From the human T2T-CHM13v2.0 reference genome, Homo sapiens, in NCBI RefSeq assembly GCF_009914755.1, contig NC_060928.1: a stretch of DNA of 64,000 nucleotides; one strand, written 5' to 3'. The position numbers were made by a program, and so were the translations under genes. Of this stretch, positions 1 to 15,329 are shown one piece after another (positions within the stretch are counted from its first letter, which is position 1; each line of letters opens with the position of its first letter). The notes beneath the pieces were generated by a model. The model was given only the letters and a program-made list of their open reading frames with translations. It ran no database searches and had not been told where the DNA came from.

Positions 1-1044
1 AGTGCTATTTTGTGCATATCTTAAGGCTAAAGATTTTGAATGCATCCTTTAAAAATAAATTCATGAAACTTTCACTTCTGAAAAAATCATTTTATGTCCA
101 CATCATCTGTTCCTGTCTTAGAGGCAAAAAGCCAAGTTGAATAAAAGAAATAACCTTTGAAAAACAACAAATTATACTTGATTTCAAAATCAGAATTTTC
201 TCTACCCATCAGCCAAAATTCTATGAAAATATTTGTCACATATTGAAATACTCATTGGAAATTGGAAATTGGAATATGTCTTTAATTTTAAGTCAATCCA
301 GCACTTTTTAATATTGATATGTTAAAAGATGCTATAAATTTAACAATATAGAGATTAAGATTTTGATATAATTGCATAGAGTTAAAAATGAAAGTGTTAA
401 CACAGACATTTGCATGTGTTTAGGACATAAATTTATTGCTTTTAAGTATATTAACAGATTAGCTTTCTCAAAATGCTTTTAAAATTGAATTCAATAAAAT
501 TTGTCTTAAAACTTATCCTAGCATGTATATTTTTTTCTTTGTGCTGAAGCTTTCATGCAGATTTATAATTTGTCAGAAGAAATTTAGCATTATATTATGG
601 GCCTTTAACTACCTCCTGTCTCTCATCATTTTGTATAAAAAGTTTTCTCCTGAGCAGAAGAGAATTTTTCTTGTAAGACTCTGTGTACAATGCCACCTTA
701 GAGAACTTTATAAGCTATTGTCATAGCTTATACCTTTTTTACATTTTTTTATTTTTTGTACAAAAATAAAATGTACAAAAATGTACAGAAAATGTAAAAA
801 AAAAGTCATAGCCATAGTTATCTGCTATCTTAGAAACAGTGACAGCCAACGAGAGTTTGCTCATTCCTGATATCCAGATACATTTATTTAAGCATACTTC
901 TCAGCTATGAATCAAATAGCCTCTCACAAACTTTTAAATAGGCAAAAAGAAGGCATAAGAAAATGCTTCTTTTTGCTGGCACCATAGCAGGGTGAAAAAT
1001 TCAATAGCTTTTCTTTTATAATTCCTGAATCTTAGTATACTTAT

Positions 1045-1681
<637 letters not shown>

Positions 1682-2689
1682 AAAAGTGTGCATGATTTTA
1701 GAGATAGGAAGAGACACATTTCTAATTGCTATTTATTTACCTATGTCTATTTGCAACAAATTGTTCCTAAAACACTATCATCTTCACATTTAGTATCAAG
1801 GTGTTCCAGTTATCTATTTTTGTATAATAAACCATCCCAAACTTAGAAGCTTACATGACAATTTTCCCATTTAAATGAAAGGGCAGTGCTGAAGTGCCAG
1901 ACAATGAAATCCCTCTTAGTTGACCACACCACTTTCTAAAATGAGAAAACTATGTTTGTATATTACCAAATGTGTCAAACAGAGAATGGTAAATGGTTCA
2001 CTTGGTGCATCAATCATTCTGAAGTAAGAATATTAAGTTTTTGATGACCAGAGTAAGTGGTAGAATTCGTCCTTTTTTCTCCTTCTTTGGGAAATGAGAG
2101 GTTATCAATGATACTTAAATGAAAAGCATGTAAGTTTCAATTCATATATGTTTTGTGAAGGGTAGAAAATTTTGGAAGCTTTTTCTAGTGCCTCTTAATC
2201 CTTGGATTTGGACCCTTCTGAAAGAAAGTGATAAGCTCTACAGTTGAACAGCATGGAATGCACTAGGAGGAATGAAACAGTTCACTCACCATGACCCTAG
2301 GATAATTCCATGGTTAGTGGCTTGCTCAGAGATGAGAATGGTGAACACTGTGAAACTTTATGGCATTATGAAACTGCTTTCCCAATTCAACTCTAGAACA
2401 TTACGAACTTGGCCTCTCAAAGCTTCGATTTATTTACTTTTATAAATGGAGATAGAAATAATAATATAGTGGATGACACACAGTATGTAAGAGAGCTTCA
2501 TGTAGTGGCTAGAAAAGAGTTTACCCTAAATAAGTGGTTGCAGTAGTTATAGGAGTAACTAGATCTTCTTAAAAAGGTATTTCTCTTAAAGAAATACTTA
2601 TATTAACAGGCTGTGAGTTGAAGACCTAGCAAATATCCACCAAGGTACGCCAAAGGAAATAAACTAATTTTTTAAAAGTTTCCCACTAA

Positions 2690-4080
2690 GCTAATATTTA
2701 TTGAATGCTTTTTTTTATGCCAAACGGTGCACTCAGTGAATAAAACAAATATCTTGCCCTTTCGTAGCTTTCAACTAGGAAGAACATAATAAGTAACCAA
2801 TAAATGAGTTATAAATGCCCAAATTCTAGGAAGGCCACTGATACTTCTGAAAGCATAATAGAAGGAGGCTATATTTACTATCTTTACTTTCCTCATTCAG
2901 TGAGGAAGAAGTAAATAAGTAACCAATAAATTGCTTATAAATGCCCAAATGCATTGAAGGATACTGATACTCCTGAAAGAGTAATAGGAGGAGGCTATTC
3001 TACTAATCAAGATTGTTCTTGATTACTAAGCATAATCAAGGAATATCTCTGAAGAGGTGATATTTAAACTGTGTCCAGCAATATGACAATCGCCTAACTG
3101 TAATTAGTTAAATAAAAGCCCTTAAAATAACAGCAATTATATATACAAAGTCCCCAAAAAGAGACATAGCTAGGACATTCAAGAAGTAAATGAGGCCCAT
3201 GTAGCTGGAAGGTGGAGAGAGGGAAACTGATATGAGGCTGGGCAAATGAGAATGGGTCAGGCCATACAGGTTCCTATACACCAATATTATAAATTCAGAT
3301 TTTCTCTGAAAAAAAATAGGAAGACACTGAAAAATTTTAATAGAGTATGCTGTCTCCAATTTCTGTATATTTGTGTGTGTGTGGGTGTGAGTGTCTGAAT
3401 ATTATTTTATAATTGTTTAAAGATTGACTTGAATAAGCAATAGAGGAAGAAGGTGGAGACAAGCAGAAGTAACTAGGGTCACCCTGGAGAAGACAGAAAG
3501 AAATGTACAGATGCGAGATATATTTTAGAGAAAGAATTGACAGATTTGATGGATTAGATGTGGGGGTTAAAATAAAAAGAAGAACTAAATAGAAAGGATG
3601 ATAGTAATATATGCTCAAGTACAGTTAATGAGGTTTTATGGGTAAAAGCAGAAATTCTGTTTTAGGATTTTAATTTTGAGAACTTAGCCTGACATCCAAG
3701 TGAAAATTTCAAGTGCACAATGATCTGAATCCAGATTGCAGATATACACTTGGAATCATCAAACCACAGATAGTGTCCAAAAGCATGGATTTAGGAGAGC
3801 TCCCCACAGGACAGGGTATGCAGTGGAGTAGAAAGACCTGGAACTGAGTCCTGAGAAACTGCTGATGGGGCCGAGGGGAAAGGCTCACAGGACGAGTGGC
3901 CAGAGAGTTAGAAGAAAAACTAGAAGGAAATGGTGTCATGGAATCTGAAAGAGGATTTTGTGTTCCAGTAGGACAGTATGGTGAATCTGGCCAAACGCTG
4001 TCCAGGAGACCAAGAAGCATGAGGATGAAAGAGAAACATACTCACTTTGGCAGCATGCAAAGCAGTTGTGACAAGTTCAA
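2690..4080 (-). mobile_element. L2 LINE fragments (old)
   Basis: ATATTTATTGAATGC 3' motif followed by purine-rich degenerate L2 sequence; boundaries approximate. Confidence 0.6.
2777..3005 (+). repeat. Diverged tandem duplication (~103 bp x2)
   Basis: 2777-2880 and 2903-3005 share AATAAGTAACCAATAAAT..TTATAAATGCCCAAAT..ACTGATACT..GGAGGCTAT. Confidence 0.9.
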
Positions 4081-5114
4081 GTCATGGAGGAATCCAGATG
4101 GACTCCCATGTGGCTCAGGCTCATGTTAGTGACCCAATTAAAGATATAATCAAGCTGCCAAAAGCCATTAATGACAAGTCTTGAAATACATTTATATAAG
4201 AATATTAAAGGATATCCAATTCATAACCCCAAAGTAAAAAGTCCTTAACTTCCCATATTCTCTCCTTTTTCATCCTCTCACACATCTGAACTTTCACTTC
4301 CTCCAAATCCCCACATTTGCTCCTTTTCTATCTCCATTATTTTCTGAATTCTAATGTATAAAGTTAAAAATCTCAGATTTTTTGTTGAATTTTTTAGTGG
4401 TTTTGTTTTACTTTTCCTATGCTTTGATTTTATTCTCTTTTTTTTGTAATAAGCAAAGGTCTGGGAAATATCCCAGCAAACAAAACCACAGTCTTTCAAA
4501 TGATCTCTACAGCCTTATCTTTCTCTGCCTACATTTTCTACCTTGTCACTAACATTTTGGGACTTAGGCTGGCAAAAGCAGACCTTTCCTCACAAAACAA
4601 CGAGAAGATGGTGGAACAAAGAGCTAGGGTGCAAAGCAAAAATTAACATCAGAATGCAGAAGGTGGAAGAGAGGAAATAGAAAAGGTGTAAATGTGTGTA
4701 TGTTAATAAATGTTGTTCCTTGTCACAGACCATCACAGAGATTTATCATTCATAGTGATCCACCTAGCAAAAAGCACCAATGTCAAAGTGTCTTAAAAAA
4801 GCCACCTTATTTGCCAAATTCAATGAGAGAAGAAATATATGACCTTTTTAAAATAACTCATTCCATTTGAGACCAAAAAATAGCTTGTTACAAGAACACT
4901 TGTACAGTTTAAGAAAGAGGAGTATATTTAGGCAGTGTTGCACCCACTCAAAAGTTAGATATAAAGCATTTAAAATATATACTAAAGAAAAGCACCCTGA
5001 GATTTGGTTTTCACTTTCAGGTATGCTCAAGAATGTTAAAATTCTCAGAGGCAATGAGAAGCCACGCTTCCTTGGAATGTGATCCACGGCCATAAATAAA
5101 TGAGGTTTACTCAG

Positions 5115-6452
5115 TGTGTCTGGACTGGGTGGGTTCTTGGTCTCACTGACTTCAAGAATGAAGCGGCAAACCCTCGGGGTGAGTGTTACAGCTCTTAAGG
5201 TGGCACGTCTGGAGTTCGCTCTTTCTGACGTTCAGATGTGTTCAGAGTTTCTTCCTTCTGTTGGGTTCGTGGTCTCACCGGCTCAGGAGCGAAACTGTAG
5301 ACTTTCACGGGGAGTGTTACAGCTCTTAAGGCAGCGCCTCTGGAATTGTTCGTTCCTGCCGGTGGGCTCGTGGTCTCACGAGTCAATCTGCAGACCTTCA
5401 TGGTGAGAGATACAGCTCATAAAAGCAGTCTGGACCCAAAGAGCAAGCAGCAGCAAGATTTATTGCAAAGAGCAAAAGAACAAAGCTTCCACGGTGTGGA
5501 AAGGGACCTCAGCAGATTGCCACTGCTGGCTGGGGCAGCCTGCTTTTATTCTCTTATCTGGCCCCACCCACATCCTGCTGATTGGTAGAGCCAAGTGGTC
5601 TGTTTTGACAGGGTGCCGATTGGTGTATTTACAATCCCTGAGCTAGACATAAAGGTTCTCCAAGGCCCCACCAGAGTAGCTAGATACAGAGTGTCCATTG
5701 GTGCATTCACAAACCCTGAGCTAGACACAGGGTGCTGATTGGTGTATTTACAATCCCTGAGCTAGACATAAAGGTTCTCCACTTCCCCACCAGACTCAGG
5801 AGCCCAGCTGGCTTCACCCAGTGGATCCCGCACTGGGGCTGCAGGTGGAGCTGCCTGCCAGTCCCGCGCAGTGTGCCCGCACTCCTCAGCCCTTGGGTGG
5901 TTGATGGGACTGGGTGCCGTGGAGCAGCGGGTGGCACTCATCGGGGAGGCTGGGGCGCACAGGAGCCCGTGGAGGAGTGGAAGGCTCAGGCATGGCGGGC
6001 CGCAGGTCCAGAGCCCTGCCCCGCGGGAAGGCAGGTAAGGCCCACGAGAAATTGAGCGCAGCGCCGGTGGGCTGGCACTGCTGGGGGACCCAGTACACCC
6101 TCCGCATCCGCTGGCCCGGGTGCTAAGCCGCTTATTGCCTGGGGCCGGCAGGGCTGGCCGGCTGCTCCGGCCGGCTGCTCCGAGTGCAGGGCCCGCCAAG
6201 CCCACGCCCACCCGGAACTCCAGCTGGCCCGCAAGCGCCGTGCGCAGCCGGTTCCCGCTCGCGCCTCTCCCTCCACACCTCCCTGTAAGCTGAGGGAGCC
6301 GGCTCCGACCTTGGCCAGCCCAGAAATGGGCTCCCACAGTGCAGTGGTGGGCTGAAGGGCCCCTGAAGTGCCACCAAAGTGGGAGCCCAGGCAGAGGAGG
6401 CGCCGAGAGCGAGCAAGGGCTGTGAAGACTACCAGCACGCTGTCACCTCTCA
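5115..6452 (-). mobile_element. Solo LTR12C (ERV9 LTR)
   Basis: Minus strand starts TGAGAGGTGACAGCGTGCTGG and ends GACACA; GC-rich U3, CCAAT-bearing repeats, U5 repeats; no internal proviral sequence adjacent. Confidence 0.95.
5540..5790 (-). promoter_or_regulatory. LTR12C promoter/enhancer core (NF-Y CCAAT boxes, GT-box, GATA, AATAAAA TATA-like box)
   Basis: ATTGG at 5581, 5619, 5697, 5738; CCCCACCC ~5562; CTTATCT ~5553; TTTTATT 5544-5550. This matches the known ERV9 LTR promoter layout; activity is not shown. Confidence 0.7.
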
Positions 6453-6879
6453 ATAGGACTCCAGAACACCAGCCTCTAAACACCAACTAATTGCTAAAAA
6501 TAGTAAGTGGAGTAAACAGTGCATAATTACGAATTTAAACTCACATTGTATTAAATCTCCTATTTTGACACTTCATTAGAAATATCATATTGGCCAAACC
6601 ACAGATCTAAAATATTTATAGTTTGATTTTTCTCATTTTACAAATAAGACAATTAAGACATTAAAAATCAGTGTCTTCACTAAGAAAATGAATTTGTTAG
6701 ACTGGAAAACTGTTGCAAATGTTCAGCTATTCCTTAATGTAATAAAACAAAGTTGACTGGTGAAAAAGAAAAGCTGAAACACTGAAATTTTAGATGATGA
6801 TTACATTCATATAGTCTTTATAAATAGTCCTCTGGAAAGTAGGGGAGGTCTGGATTTGATATTCTTCTCCACATTATGA

Positions 6880-8150
<1,271 letters not shown>

Positions 8151-8169
8151 AGGGCAATGGTGAGCTGGT

Positions 8170-8438
8170 GCACATGAGTCATGGCTAAAGAAGGATGGTC
8201 AGAGAGTTAATGATCTTGCCCAGTTTGAAGATGGAGGAAAAGGGTCAAGAGTCAGGAATATGGGTGAACTCTGAAAAAGGCAAAGAAATCGATTGTATCT
8301 TGCATACTCCCAAAAGGAATGAAGTCCAGTCCACAACCCTGGCAGACTTCTAATCCACAAAATTGTGTGATAATGATTTGTGGATTTTTTTAATGAATTC
8401 TGTGGTAATTGGTTAGAGCAGCAAATAAAAAGTAATAT
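8170..8438 (+). mobile_element. MLT1 (MaLR) LTR fragment
   Basis: TGAAGATGGAGGAA, AAAAGGCAAAGAAA and terminal TGTGGTAATTGGTTAGAGCAGCAA motifs. Confidence 0.65.
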
Positions 8439-8439
8439 G

Positions 8440-9140
8440 GAAATGCAAATTAAAATAAGACGAGATACTAAATACCTACCAGAACTGCTAAAACAAAGTT
8501 TTAGCAAAACTGTGGACCTAAAACTGTGACAATGTTGGTAAGAGTATAAAAATGATACTTGTGTTATTGAAAACAGTTTAGCATTGATATTCTAAAGCTA
8601 ACGTGCATCCACCTTATGACTTAGCAATTTCGTTAATGAGCATATATATACCCATGAAAATAAATAAATGTGCTCACAAAAAGATACATATATGAATGTT
8701 TGTACCAATTGTTTATAATAGCCTCAAACTGAGGACAACTTAAAGCTCATCAGCAGAAGAATGATTAAGAATGGAGGTATGCTCATACAATGGAAAAGTA
8801 TGGAAAAAGGAATGAACTTCTGATGTACACAATAGTATAATCACGCAGATACTATATTGAGAAAGAAATCAGACAATAATGGTTACATGCGATATCGGAA
8901 GTTAGAATAGTGGTTCATTCTGAGGTGGTTAAATACTGGGAAGGTGCATACTGGAAACTTAAGAATTCTTTATCTTTCAATAAGTGAAGTTTACACCATT
9001 ACTCTGTGTGTGTGTGTGTGTGTGTGTTTATCCATATGTGTGCAGTAAAATCAAGGTGAAAACCTAAGATCAGAGTACTTTATGCTCCTTTATGTATTTT
9101 ATTCTTCAATGAAAATACAATACTACATTTCCTGTGGAAG
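8440..9140 (+). mobile_element. L1ME-like 3' fragment
   Basis: GAAATGCAAATTAAAA..GAGATAC, TATGACTTAGCAATT, ATACAATGGAA motifs. Confidence 0.6.
9005..9027 (+). repeat. (TG)n microsatellite
   Basis: Direct read. Confidence 0.95.
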
Positions 9141-10524
9141 TATAAGTTATGTAGAAATAAAATAAATGACCACAATAGCACAAAAGATGAAAGACATGAA
9201 CCTAGGTATATAATTAATAAGTTGAGTACAAATAAGCTAAACAATTGAATAATATTAAGCATTTTTTAATGTTTAAAACATTTAATTGGAATTTCAGAAG
9301 AAAAGATAAAAGTTATATATAAACACATATCACATAAAAACTACTTGCAGCCAAAAAATTCTCATCATCATTACAAAGTTGAAGATTAGTGCTTTATTTT
9401 AGTAGTTTAGCAGGAAAATGTTAAATGGTATTCTCCCAGACAAAGAATACAGAATTAAAACAAGAACACAGAGTTTTGCTTCAAAAGGATCATTGAAGTG
9501 GAAATCAAAGTTCTATAAAGTGGTAATTTTAGCTAGGCTTCCATTATACTTCTATGCCTTAAAATACTTTTGCATATCCGATCTGGCTTAAATGAATTGT
9601 TTTCATTGGCCTAACTTTTGAAATATTAATTTTTCATAAATTAAATAATCTTATTAGGATATGACAAAATTACCCCCACCTAATTTCAAATATCTCTCCT
9701 GAAGGAACATTAAGTTTGTTGTAAATTACTTTGAGAGAATTATACTTTTGACATATAAAGTCAGGCTACATCCTTGGCTATAAGTTAGGGTCTACCTTGA
9801 AGAAGGGGACTTTTTTTCCTGTCGGTCAACCATGGAAATGACAAGTATTCAGACACCAACTGAAAGATACAAGTCAGGTTTTATACTGGTGTGAAGGGAA
9901 CCCATTTTTCATTCATGGCTTTGTCTCTGGTATCTAGATTTTGAGGGTATGATCAGCACAAAGTGCAAGAGGAAAGGCATAAAATTAAATCGTCATAATG
10001 TTCTTGCATATTTCAGAAAGTGGTAAAAATACTAATATAAGATAACGCTTGATTAATCCAACCCTAGAGAATTCCTATCTGCTCCTCCCACCCTTGCCAC
10101 CTGACTCTTCCATCCCAGCATTATGCTCAGCAACACTTTCTACTTCCCACCTGATTTTATCTCAGCTTGATGATGCTCACTCTTGTCCCCCCAACGCTGG
10201 AACCTAAAACCCAAATACATCGGTGTTTCATCTCCTCTCCGCAGATTTTTCTCCCAGACTCTTCAGTTGGCTTTTTGGATTCCAGTTTTTTCGCAGGGGT
10301 CTTTGACTCAGGGCTTTAACTCCGGCACACTGCTTGTCTCAGTTCAGGACTCCCAATTTCAGCCCAGCAAGCCCCTGTGGACTCCTGATAAAACTCCAAT
10401 CTTTGGAACAACAGCAAAAAAATGTTATTGACAGCAGGATGTAGCAGTTTAATGAGTTAATATGATGCCATGCAACCTCAAGAAGGTGAGAATTTATTTT
10501 TGATAATTTGTCTTTTACACTTCA

Positions 10525-10900
10525 ATGGAAGCCTCTTCAGGGCAGCACCCTCGTCTGTGTTTTTTGCTGTTATATCTTCAGTTGGTAGAACAGGGCCTGG
10601 CACAGAGTAAGCACTCGAAATCTTATTTGATGTAAAACTTCAGAATGATTATTTCCACTTTATACTTACTATGCACAGACAAGTTCAATAGCTGGCTTGA
10701 GTCCTCAAAGCAAAGTTTGGACTAGAAATCATATTTCCCAGGTCGCCTATGGAGCAGCCCCTATATCCTTCCAGGAATGTCCTTCTAGTTCTAGGATCAG
10801 AATATGCGGTGGAAAATAAGACAAAATCCCCATCATTGTTGAGCTTGCATAAGCAGTTGGTGGACAAATACGTATACAATAAACTGTCAGGTAGTCACAT
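10525..10900. mobile_element. L2 3' fragments
   Basis: GCCTGGCACAGAGTAAGCACTC (+) and AATAAGACAAAATCCCC (-) motifs. Confidence 0.5.
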
Positions 10901-13516
10901 GTTTTGGGCAGAAAAACAACATGGGAAAGACAATAAGAGAACCAAGGCTGTGTTATTATAGGGTGGTTAGGGAAGCAATGGGCCAGGGCTCTCTGTATTT
11001 GTTCCCAAACTGGCCAAATATCAGTACCTGTAGCCCATGTCAACCAGTTAACAATTAAACTAATATTTTTAATTGAATCTGAAATATAAAGACTTCATTA
11101 AGAAATCTAGTCTTATCTTAAGGCATATGCCAGTAGAACTGGGTTTTAGCTTTGACCTCATTTATACAAATCCAAATGTACATGAATAAAAGTTAAAAGT
11201 GGTAATCAATAAGCTTCACTAAAATATTAATTTTTAAAAATATTTACATAGCATTTTATACAGAATGATCGGTGAAGTTTAAATCTACAAAAATTATGTA
11301 CATGTAAGAACCATTATATTGTGAAAGAAAAACGCATAATACTATAGTGGCTTTTTATATACCATTCAGTTTGCACTAAAAAAGATGATTTATTTAAAGG
11401 ATCTTTTACAAAATTAAGGGTAAGTAGCAGAAAATTATTGACCATAAAGCTAAAAGGGACCTCAAGAGATCAAATGGCTGGTCCATTGTTGTAAAAGTCT
11501 GAAAGGCTTAGCAACATGCTCACGGTGACAGATGGCCTGTAAGTTGGTGAATCATTGAAAGAAGAGGGACATAGAACCCACATCTCCTCCTTTTTACTGC
11601 AGTGTCTTAGAACATGGGTAATTCAATGCCAGCTGCATCCGTTGGCTGAAAATTTTAATTTGAGATGTAAAGAAAAGTACAGCAAATGGCTAAGAAAGAT
11701 GCATTCCTAAAGGTTTTTGATTTGTTTTGTTGTGTAGTGTTGTGTTTTTGTATTGTTTTGGCTTTGTCTGAACAATTATAAGAAATTCTGCTTCTTCCTC
11801 TCTTCAAGAGCATGATGTTCAGGTGGTGCCTGCTTTGGATTCACATCCTTTTTTCTCCTTGTATTGTTCGATTCAATTCAAGTCTGCATCTTTTCATGAG
11901 TAAGCAGCCTTGCTTATCAAAATAGCTCAGTGCTATACTGAAAAAATGCTAATGCACATTGCTCATGGAGAATTAGTACTTTTATTGTTTTAAAATCAAA
12001 CTGATCTTTTAAAAATAGGATTCTATTCTTTTTTTAAAGCAAAAGTAAGTTTAGGAGTTAAAATGAAGTTAGACTACACTTTTAGATGTTATAGCATTTC
12101 CATGGATATTTTATTGTGTTAACATGTGGAATTTTTTCAAACAAAAATAATTTTTTGTAGCACTGTTTGTGAACTAGAATATACAAATACAAAAGATCTT
12201 CACTTATTTAAAATATTAGACATTATTTTTGAAAATTTACAAAATCTCAGAAGTTAACTAAGTGTACACTAAAAATATTGCTAAGTTTTGCTTTGACAGA
12301 ATATTTGCATACCATGTGAAACATTTCCTTTCCAGCTACTCTTACTGAAAACTCAGAGATCCATTTTCTGCCTCTGAAATAGTCACTTGGCTCTGCATTG
12401 TGGCAGAGAAAGAAGGGGTTTCAGATGGAATGGCTGAGCACGCATCAACTCCTTCCCTCCACTGGCCCCTTCTCTGAGTGTCACGTGTCAGAGCTTTGAG
12501 AAAATAATGCACCATTGTCCACAGTTAGAAAATTGAGGATCTAGCCCTGTGAAGGAGCAGGGCATTAGGGCTTAAGGAATTGCGCTCACACACACCAGCA
12601 CCCTATTAATTAAATGCCTCTATGACGAGATTCAGGAAGGGGAAGGGAAAAGTGGGTCAAACAAATCTCTCCTGAGGAGCTACTCTTCTGTGAATTTTGT
12701 TACTTTTTTTGTTATTTAGCATAGTAATAAAAATTATTCAATATCATAGAAGGCAGCTAATAAATATCTTTAATTTGTTTAATTAGGCAATTTTTCTAAT
12801 ATTTATAGAGTAATTTAACAAGCACAATCTTTAACAGTGATCCAAACTAACTTTTTTCTTTCTTCATTCTACTTTTCTGTATAGCTAGTGTTTCACACCT
12901 GATCACCACCAAATTGATAGCTGCAAGATTACGTCTCCTGTCCTTTTAAGAGTGGAATGTTAGCTGTTGATAAGTTAGCCGGCAGACCTTATCAATTTGA
13001 CCTAAAAGTATCTGTAACTATATGACAGGAACTCCAGCTGACTGATGGCTGACTGACTATATGGTTTTAGAAGCAAGTGCTTCAATTATTTCTTTTGTTT
13101 TCAGAAGCTCATGCAAAATTTGATATTCACAGCTGTTAGGCATCAGTTTGATTGAGAAGCAATTTCACCACACACACAAAAAAGCTAACTGATTTCAGAT
13201 TATTGCCAGATCATGCTTGGTAGTGTTGAAAAGGATTCAAGTGTAAGTGCTGCAAAAGTAGCCATGGCCCAGGTGGGCTATAAGGTTTCAGTAAGTAAGG
13301 CCAGACTCCTGTCTGCTGGTACAGCTTGATAGCATCTAGGAATTCCCACTAGTGGAGTGAGTATGGTAGCCATGGATTTTTTTCCTGCATCAGTATGACT
13401 ATCCTGAAGCCGACAGCTGATAAAAGAATTACAAGATTGAAACTAATACATGTTTACTGAGAAACTCAATCAAAATTCTATTTACAATATAAATAAAGTC
13501 AAGACTGTATTGCACT

Positions 13517-13640
13517 GATGTGATTATTAGGCATTTTATGCCTGTTTCAAAATATCTAATGTACTCCATAAATATATACACCTACTATGTACCCATCAAA
13601 TTAAAAATTAATTTACAAAAACAAATAATGAGAAAAAATT
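13517..13640 (+). mobile_element. L1MA 3'-terminal fragment
   Basis: CCATAAATATATACACCTACTATGTACCCA followed by an A-rich tail. Confidence 0.75.
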
Positions 13641-14976
13641 AAAAAGAATGTGCATTGTCATATAAAACATATATATAAGCATGGTTTTTACAGATGGGGA
13701 TAAAAGCCATGTATATGGAGAAGCCATGTATATAGAGAGCCTGGATACAAGGCAAGATTATTGAGAAAGCAATTTTTATTATTTTAATCGCATCACTTTA
13801 AATATTACTCTTGGAGTATTAGTTACAACTATAGAAATGGAACAATTGTATGAGAAAATCATCCTAGCCACATAAAAGGGTAGAAAGTCATAATGACAAA
13901 CAACAAAAAGCAGGGGAATTGTAATACATTCTTTTGTGTTACAATTAGAATTCTTGTCAATAACCCTTCAAGAATTAGGTCAGTTTTGGGAATTCATCTC
14001 TGTTCAACTATATGTGTGGTAGATTTGTTCTGTAAAAGATTTATTGCTGTAATTAGATTAAATATGCTTAAAGCATCAGTATAACTCAAATTCAAAACAT
14101 TGCATCTTTTTAAAGTTGAAACATGAATTTAAATGAAAGCATTACCAAAAAGATTTCTACAAACACATTGTTTTGCTTTTCTTTAGCATGTGTTCTATAC
14201 TCTTAGGAGACAAGATTTCCCTTTTCATTATTTTCTGTCCTGTTGTTACACAGAAATTTTCATGCACTATCACCACCATTCCCACATGTTTATGGACATA
14301 AATGTTTTTCTTGTGATTTTACTCCTATCCCATTTTAAACATATATGATGCTGGTTATATTTTAATATTAGCTTACACTTGTTTGCTTTTACCTCTGCCA
14401 ACAAGTTTTCTGTTTTAGCAAAGTGAGCATTTTCTAATTCTCTATATTGCTTTTCTTCAGCTGCCTACCTACTATCATAAGGCGAAGTAAGACTATTCAG
14501 AAACCTCACAGAATATAGACTCTCATACTTCTATTTGGTGAGTCACATGTTTTGAAGGCAGAGTAATAATCAGAAAAAATAAAAGAGTACCTAGCTGGAC
14601 TTCAAGGAACAGAAAATCAGGAGACTAAGTTATGTGAGCATTTCAGTTTTCTGATTGTGAATCTTACATGACTTACATGTAAAATGAGGAAGAGTAAAAG
14701 GTAATTTCTACAGCCTTTTCCAAATCTAAGTTGTTGGCTATCATTAACGCAACAAACATTTATTTGTACACAGCATGATTATGAGCTACAGAATTTAAAG
14801 ATAAATAAGATATGGTCCTGCCTTCACTAGTATAGATGAAATAGATACAGATATATATATCAATATATATATATTGTTTTGCCTTCTCCCTACTAGTATT
14901 CTAATGAATATACATTCTCTTTTTTCTTTATTAACAGACAAATAATTACCTTCAGCGTTGCCATGTGTGTTGCCAA

Positions 14977-15259
14977 TTTGTTTTGTTTTGTTTTGAGACA
15001 GGGTCTTACTCTGTTGCACAGGCTGGAGTGCAGTGATGCAAACATGGCTCACTGCAGCCTTGACCTCCTGGGTTCAGGTTATTCTCTCACCTTAGCCTCC
15101 CAGGTAGCTGGGACTACAGGTGTGCACCACCATGCCTGGCTAACTTTTAGTATTTTTAGTAGGGATGGGGTTTTACCATGTGGCCAGGCTTGTCTTGAAC
15201 TCCTAGGTTCAAGTGATCTACCCAAATCAGCCTCCCAAAGTTCTGGGATTACAGGTGCC
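14977..15259 (-). mobile_element. AluJ
   Basis: GAGACAGGGTCT..CATGGCTCACTGCAGCCTTGACCTCCTGGG; (TTTTG)n tail; slightly 5'-truncated. Confidence 0.92.
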
Positions 15260-15329
15260 AAAAATTCTTAATTCCCAAATCCTTCTTTCTCCTATTGATG
15301 ACTTTATGGCATGATTCTGAACAATGAGA

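Noticed and set aside
5116-6486. Cluster of overlapping ORFs up to 191 aa
   Set aside because: All lie in or begin just outside GC-rich LTR12C sequence, which is naturally stop-poor; no protein family signature
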